This document shows positions 57,736 through 64,000 of a DNA stretch of 64,000 bases, piece after piece (position 1 is the stretch's first letter; every line of letters begins with the position of its first letter). Location of the stretch: contig CP143273.1 in NCBI GenBank assembly GCA_051013385.1, positions 1,184,001-1,248,000 on the forward strand. The letters run 5' to 3'. The notes beneath the pieces are model-generated. The model was given only the letters and a program-made list of their open reading frames with translations. It had not been told where the DNA came from and did not search any database. The DNA comes from Phormidium sp. (GTDB taxonomy: Bacteria; Cyanobacteriota; Cyanobacteriia; Cyanobacteriales; Aerosakkonemataceae). The translations under genes and the position numbers were made by a program.

Positions 57736-60700
57736 TCAGACAGTAGTAAACAGATTAGAACCGATCGCACTAGCTGATACTCCAACTAAGGAAGCTAATA
57801 GTTCACCAGTGGCAGCGATCCGAATCAGGGTATCATTTGTTTGAACACCTGTTCCTTGGGTAATTGTTAAACTTGGGAAATTTAAACCACTAGTTAAACT
57901 TAGTTTATCTTGAGCGATCGCAAAATCCAAAACCACATCATTTCCGGCACCAGATGTTAGCACAAAAATATCACTACCTGCGCCACCTGCGATCGTATCA
58001 TTACCAGCACCACCAAAAATTAAATCATCCCCCTCACAACCGCAGATGGTATCGTTACCTAAATCGCCATACAAAGTGTCATTTCCGACATTTCCGCACA
58101 ATTTATCATCATTTTGACCGCCGTGTACAATGTCGTTACCTTCTCCACCAGAAATCGTATCTTTGCCTTGATTTCCATTGAGAAAATCGTCGCCTTCAAA
58201 ACCTACTAAAACATCATCGTCAATCCCACCATAAACTGTATCATTTCCGCGATCGCCAGCCACAGTATCATTACCTAAATCACCAAAAATCAAGTCATTA
58301 TCTTGTCCACCTCTGACAAAATCATTGTCTTTCCCCGCAAAAATCGTATCATTCCCTTTGTTCCCATTAATAAAATCCTGATCTTGATTACCAAAAATTA
58401 AATCATCACCAGATCTACCAAAGATACTATCGTTACCAATTCCCCCAAACAAGATATCAAAAATATCACTTCCAAGAATCACATCATGAGGAGGATTAGT
58501 ATTAGGAATTTTTCCATTGTGGCTATTATTTACTAAATTTTCTAAGTCGTAACAGCCACAATTATAAGGTTGAGAGGTTGGGTTTTTTTCTGTATCGTTG
58601 TCGGTAATATTAACAGCAACATTAGCGAGATTTAGGTTGTAATTGCTGTCATTACTAGTCGCATTGTGACTGATATTGCTGCTATGATTTCCTTCAACTT
58701 GGGGATCATCTACCGCTGTTATTGTCACTGTTTGCGGAGTATTCCAAGTATTCGGAGTAAAGTTGAGAGAAATTGCCGTTCCTGCACCTGCACCTAAGTT
58801 AATTTGGTTGTTGCTGGGAGTGACATTTACTGTTACTGGTGCGGTTGGTTGATTTGCCAAAACTACTGTGTAATTATCAGTTGCGCCGCCTTCGGTAACA
58901 TTGGTATTTGACTTGGAAATTGTCACTCCCGCAGTGTCGTTGTCAGCAATTGTTATGGTAGGGGAATTGTTAGCAGATAAATCGTAATCGATCGCCTCAA
59001 CCAAACTAACAATTACACTTTCATTTCCCTCCACCAAACTATCATCAACAGGCGTAATTGTCACATCAACAAACGATTGACCAGCCGCAATAGTCGCCAC
59101 ACCAGTTAAACTGGGATTGTAATCATTTGAATTAGCTTGTCCGGCAACTGTATAACTGACATTCAAAGCACCAATCGAACCGCCACCACTGCGACTAATA
59201 CGGAAAGTTCCGGCATCATTTCCAGCTTCAGAAGCACTAGCATCAATTGCTTGAATGCTAATATTTGGTGTTGCTAAATTCAACCCAATTACTACAGGAT
59301 CGTGATCCGAAGAACGGTAAGGATCGACATTGTAAAAATCTGCTGGTTTAGCAGGGCCATTATTAGGCAAATTCTCTTGGTTATAATCGATTAAGGGATG
59401 TTCATCAGCGTTAATATGCCATTCGGTTGCACCAGTTACTTGGGAAGTTAAACTGCTACTGGATAAAGCGTGGTCGAGGTATCCCGCTTGACCTTGGAAG
59501 TTGAAAGAGTAAGCATTTTGACCGACGAATTGCTCGATTAAATTGGTATAGCCGTTATTTTTGATAGCAGTAATTGGGTCTTCTTTAGCGTAGGAATTCA
59601 AATCTCCGACAATCAAAAAGTCCGAGTCTCCGCTATTAGTTGGATCGGTGGCTAACCAAGCAGTTAATTCATTAGCAGCTTGCGTTCTTGCTAAATTCCA
59701 AGCGCCTTGTCCGTCGCCTTGGTCAGCATTCGGATCGCCAGCAGCAGGAGCGCTACCTTTTGATTTAAAATGGTTAACTACTGCGGTAAATTTACCCCCA
59801 GTTGCGATGTCTTGAAAAGTCTGGGCTATGGGTAGACGATGCAGACCTTGAGCGAAAGCACCTGTATTTAAAATAGCAGCATTACCCACAGGTGTAACTT
59901 TCGCAGAATTGTAGATTAAACCAACAGTAATTTCATCGGAATCAAACTGAGAAGAACTGGGTTTGATGAATGAATATGTAACCCCGTTAGGTTTAGCAGG
60001 AGAACTATTTAAACCATTAACTAAATCTTGAATGGCGCTATCATTTCCATATCCATCATTCTCTAATTCCATTAATCCGATAATATCGGCATTCATTTTG
60101 AGAATGGCATCAATTGTTTTATCACGTTGGCGGGTAAATTCTGCGGATGTACTCGCACCTCTGGCAGTGGGGAAGTTTGGGCCGTTAAAATAATTGAGTA
60201 AGTTAAAAGATGCTACTTTGAGAGTTCCGCCAACATTTTCTGGCGCATTTGTCCGGGAGTTTGCGGTAAATGTGGGGGTAGCAGTTGGTTGAATGCGGTA
60301 GTTGTCGAAACCAAAACTCAAGACACCTTCAACATTGGTAACTGTTTGTCCAGTTCAGATGGGGTTTGTGGAGTTAAAACCGTAAGCAAAAGGAGTTTGG
60401 TAGGAACCGTTTCTGCCGTCGTCAAGAATAATTTGGTTGAGGTTATTTGCGGCTTGTTGGGCGGTTGCGGCTGCACCTGGATTGACTATGTTAGTAGGTT
60501 GAAATAATCTGCCGTTTGATAAGGTAATTTCACCAAATCGAACTAATTCAAAAGTATCGCTAACCGTGAGAGGTTGGGTAACTTTTACCCGCATTCCCTC
60601 AAATTGTTCGGCAAAAGTGCTACTTGCAAAAGGTAAATTGACAATTGCGGGTGTTACTTGTGCTAAAGAACCACCTGTTTGAATTTGAATTGCAGCAGCA

Positions 60701-63700
60701 TTGGTGGGAGTAATTTGGGTTTGTCCAAAGGTTTCGGAAATTGTACCTGTTACCCGAACTTTTTGACCTTCGCTAACATCAAGGATGTTGCTATTAGCAA
60801 ATACAAAAATACCTTCGGAAGTTAAGGGGTTTCCGTCTTCATCGATCGTTTCTTCTTGTAAGAAAAATCCGCCTAAACCGTTTGCACTTGTGGGGGTTTG
60901 AAAATCACCGACAACGACACCTTCTATGGTTTGGGTTGTGTTAACTAAAGGACTAGTTGCACCGTCTCCTTGAATTTGGTGAATTTTGGTTATTGCTGGT
61001 GCAGCGAGGGTGATGATTTCGCTGCGGAATTTTTGCCAGTTATCTTGGGTTAAATCTTTGGCTATTGTTCCATCGTTGTAAAAGGTGGTGTCGCCGTTAT
61101 CTACTAATAACTGAATTCGGTTGTCGGTGGATTGAGGATCGTAAGCCAGGGATAAGATTTGAGTATACTGAATTGGTTGAAAGTTATTGTCGCTGACTAA
61201 TACGATCGCTCTTCTCCCATCAGCCAACTGCGGCCCAAAAGCTAACCCTTCTATATTGTCTAAACCTGTAGGCAAATTGAGACTGTTCAGATTCAGAAGT
61301 AAGCGTTTTTGTGCAGGGACGATCGCATTTAATTGTTCAGGACTCAGAGCACTTAAAGAATTGATATTGCTAATGTCCGTCGCCCCCTGCAAACTGACTT
61401 CATAAATCTTGATGGTGAAGCCTCCACCAAGAGAGAAGGAACGTTCTAAGGCTAGCAATGTTCCTTGGTTGTCGATCGCCAACAAATCGGCTAATCCATT
61501 TTCAATAGACGCACCAAGACTTGCATCGGTGTTGTAGAGGTATTCTGTTTGCGGTTGTCCGCTGGTTAAGTCGTATTGCACAATGCGATTGCGCGATCCG
61601 CTTGTAATGGTTGCAGTCGGGCCATCTTGCAACAGGGCACTTTCTGTAGCAGTATAAAGCTTGGTTCGATCGGGGCTAATTGTCAGACTTTCCAATGATA
61701 AATTATCTCGCACCCCTGAAGTCTGGGTATCTCCAGTATCAATGACTCCATTGTTGTTAGTGTCTTGTACTACAGGCAGGAATTTAGTGGGAATGGGGAG
61801 CGATCGCACTTCCACGCCTGTTGTCAAGTTAAACTCTTTGATGAAGGGATTGGTAACACGACCCACATTAGGATTAGCTTCCCCTTCGGAAGAAATAAAC
61901 ACAGTACCATTATTGGTAAAGGCAATTCCTTCAGTGTCTACGGTATTGAGCGCAAAGAAATTACCATTCGGATCTTTGAGGGGAGTAACATTAGTAAAGT
62001 TTACGCCAGTGGTTGCGATCGTAGATGGGTCGGTAGTAAAGGTATAAAAACGAGCGGGGGCAAAAAAAGAGCGATCGTCAGAAATAGCATAATAACGATT
62101 GTTGACGGCATCATAAGTTACCCCAGACAAACCTCCCAGTGGAACTTGTTGCCCATTCACTGTTCCCGCTGCACCAGAGGGAACGAAGCCAGTATTAAAA
62201 GTGCTCTGTCCCAAAAAAGCGGCACTAGAAGGATTTGAAGATAACTCTAAAATAGACTCAAAACTTCCTCCAGCATTCAGGCTGGTTAAATCTGCGGAAT
62301 TTAATATAGGAGTATCATTGGCATTACCTGTCCAAGTATAGAGGCGAAAATCTTTAGGTGCTGTGCCTGTGGCAGCATCGGGAGGGCCAGCGATAATTAA
62401 GTATTGATTGTTAGTAGTGCGTAGGATTTCTCGAATTCCCCGTCCGCCTAAATTTAATTCTATTGGTGTGCCGATCGTTGCATTTGTTGCGGCACCTGTT
62501 ACTAAGTCGGTAAAGTTAGTAATGGGTGCAATTAAGGCTTTTTGACGAGAAAGAGTGGGTACATTTGGGGCGCGAAAAGCAACGTATGCGGTAGTATTGT
62601 TTGGTGCGATCGTCAATCCTTCAATATTAAACCCGCTACCATCACCTGCTTCAGGGTTTACACCAGTAGCAGCACTATTGCTAAAACCATAACCGTTGGC
62701 ATTTCCCCAAGCAATTAAATCGGTTCTTAAATTATCATATCGACCAACATAATTAAGTGTGGTATTAGCGCCAGTTCCAGAAATATCAGTAGCGAATAAA
62801 CGATAACGATTGGGTCGAGAAGCGCCACCGCTAGAATTACTATGGGAACCTAACCAGTAAATTCGGTTGCCAACTCTGGTGGATGCTTCGATATCAACTT
62901 CTCTAGGAACGCCGCCGGAAATATCAGTTAAACCAAGGGAAGAGGTAAAGTCAAAACTGTTGAGGGGTAAACCGGAGTTGTTGCGATCGTACAACCGAAT
63001 CTTTTGATCTTCGTCGTCGGCAACTAACATATAGTTGGAGTCGATCGCTACTGCTGTACTCGCATCACTCGCACCTGTCAAAAACCTCGTCGTTGTCGGA
63101 TTAACTGAAGCAGCAGAAGCGGCGTATTTAATTACATAATCCGCTGTTGCACCACCACCATCGGTAACTCTGATCGTAATATCAGAATAGCCAACACCTG
63201 CGGGATTAATTTTCAGATTGTAATTATTTCCCCTGTTCGTCAGATTTAAATTTGCTAACGGTACAACAGCAGTATTGCTACTACTAAGAATCGACACAGT
63301 TGGGTTAGGAGTTTCCGGATCGGCAACCGTAAAATCAATTCCTAAAGTCTTTGCCGGATCGGTAGGATCGTTAATGACACCGCTAATATATCCCGTTCCC
63401 GTAGCAGCCAGATTTAAAAATGGTGTGGCACTATTTTCGGTGATAGTTGGGGGAGTGTTGTTGGAGTCGTTGTCGGTGATATTAGCAGTGACAGAAGTAA
63501 TAGAAATATTGTTATAGTTGGCATCGTTGCTAGTAGCAGTATGATTAATTGTCCCAGTATGATTTCCTTCAACTACTGCATCATCAACTGCGGTGACGGT
63601 GACAGTTTGCGCCACATTCCAGTTAGCAGTAGTAAAGATAAGATTTGTTGGATTGGTGGTTGTTTGATTGCCGGAATTAATCGCAATAGTTACATTAGCA

Positions 63701-64000
63701 GTGGGTTGAGTGTTTAAGACAACTGTGTAGGTATCTGTTGCACCGCCTTCGGTTACATCAGTGCTACCACCAGAGGGAGTTATGCTCACTCCTGGTGTGG
63801 GGTCAAGTGTAAAAATTCCACTAATTAAGTTATTTGCTTCGTTACTTTCGGCAATAGTGTTGTTAGGATCGAGAACTAAGGTCGCGATACCGAGAGTACC
63901 TACTTGGGTGGGAGTAACGTTGACGTTAATTTGGGCAATTGCACCCGCATTAATGGTTCCCCCAGTGAAAGTAAGTGTAGAACCATTAATAGTTGGTTGA
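57736..64000 (-). pseudogene. Giant secreted multidomain protein (CARDB-like, DUF3616-like, phytase-like, ExeM/NucH nuclease, Calx-beta, RTX) with one in-frame TGA at 60355-60357; 5' end outside window
   Basis: ORFs 60355-63789 and 57736-60321 are in the same frame (NPI*TGQTVTNVEGVLSFGF). Frame is open to 64000. Nuclease motifs SFNLLNYF, NHFKSK, GDLNSY, LDH, SSDHDP. Confidence 0.85.

Noticed and set aside
60355..60357. Selenocysteine recoding or programmed frameshift
   Set aside because: Same frame on both sides, the context fits Arg, and no convincing SECIS-like hairpin was seen.

Overview
Chromosomal window from a cyanobacterium, probably filamentous (frequent HIP1 GCGATCGC, 7-8 bp short tandem repeats, psaE/psb30/ndhO/pedR). 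It opens with the edge of an integrative element (tyrosine integrase beside tRNA-Val(GAC)). Mostly core and stress genes follow: PAS-GGDEF-EAL, hisA, treS-glgB-glgX, recJ, psb30, two UPF0016 half-transporters, agmatinase, metH, mdh, ndhO, mutM, two psaE paralogues, pedR, cynS, leuC and tRNA-Thr. There are two RTX-tailed exoenzymes (a multicopper oxidase, and a giant multidomain nuclease split by one TGA) and a stand-alone A-T-TE NRPS. The best candidate for an undescribed system is a cassette present twice around metH (35.7-37.1 kb and 41.9-45.3 kb). In each copy a gene for a homologous HTH-like protein (once fused to NB-ARC-TPR) is divergent from small peptide genes. The intergenic DNA carries roughly 11-bp-phased direct repeats, with a different motif at each locus, and a 14-bp stem lies 11 nt after the first peptide gene. 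Also notable are 24-30 nt micro-insertions, mostly at GCGA/HIP1 sites and two in-frame in genes, and a shared 16-bp upstream motif. All calls come from reading the sequence and motifs; no searches were run.
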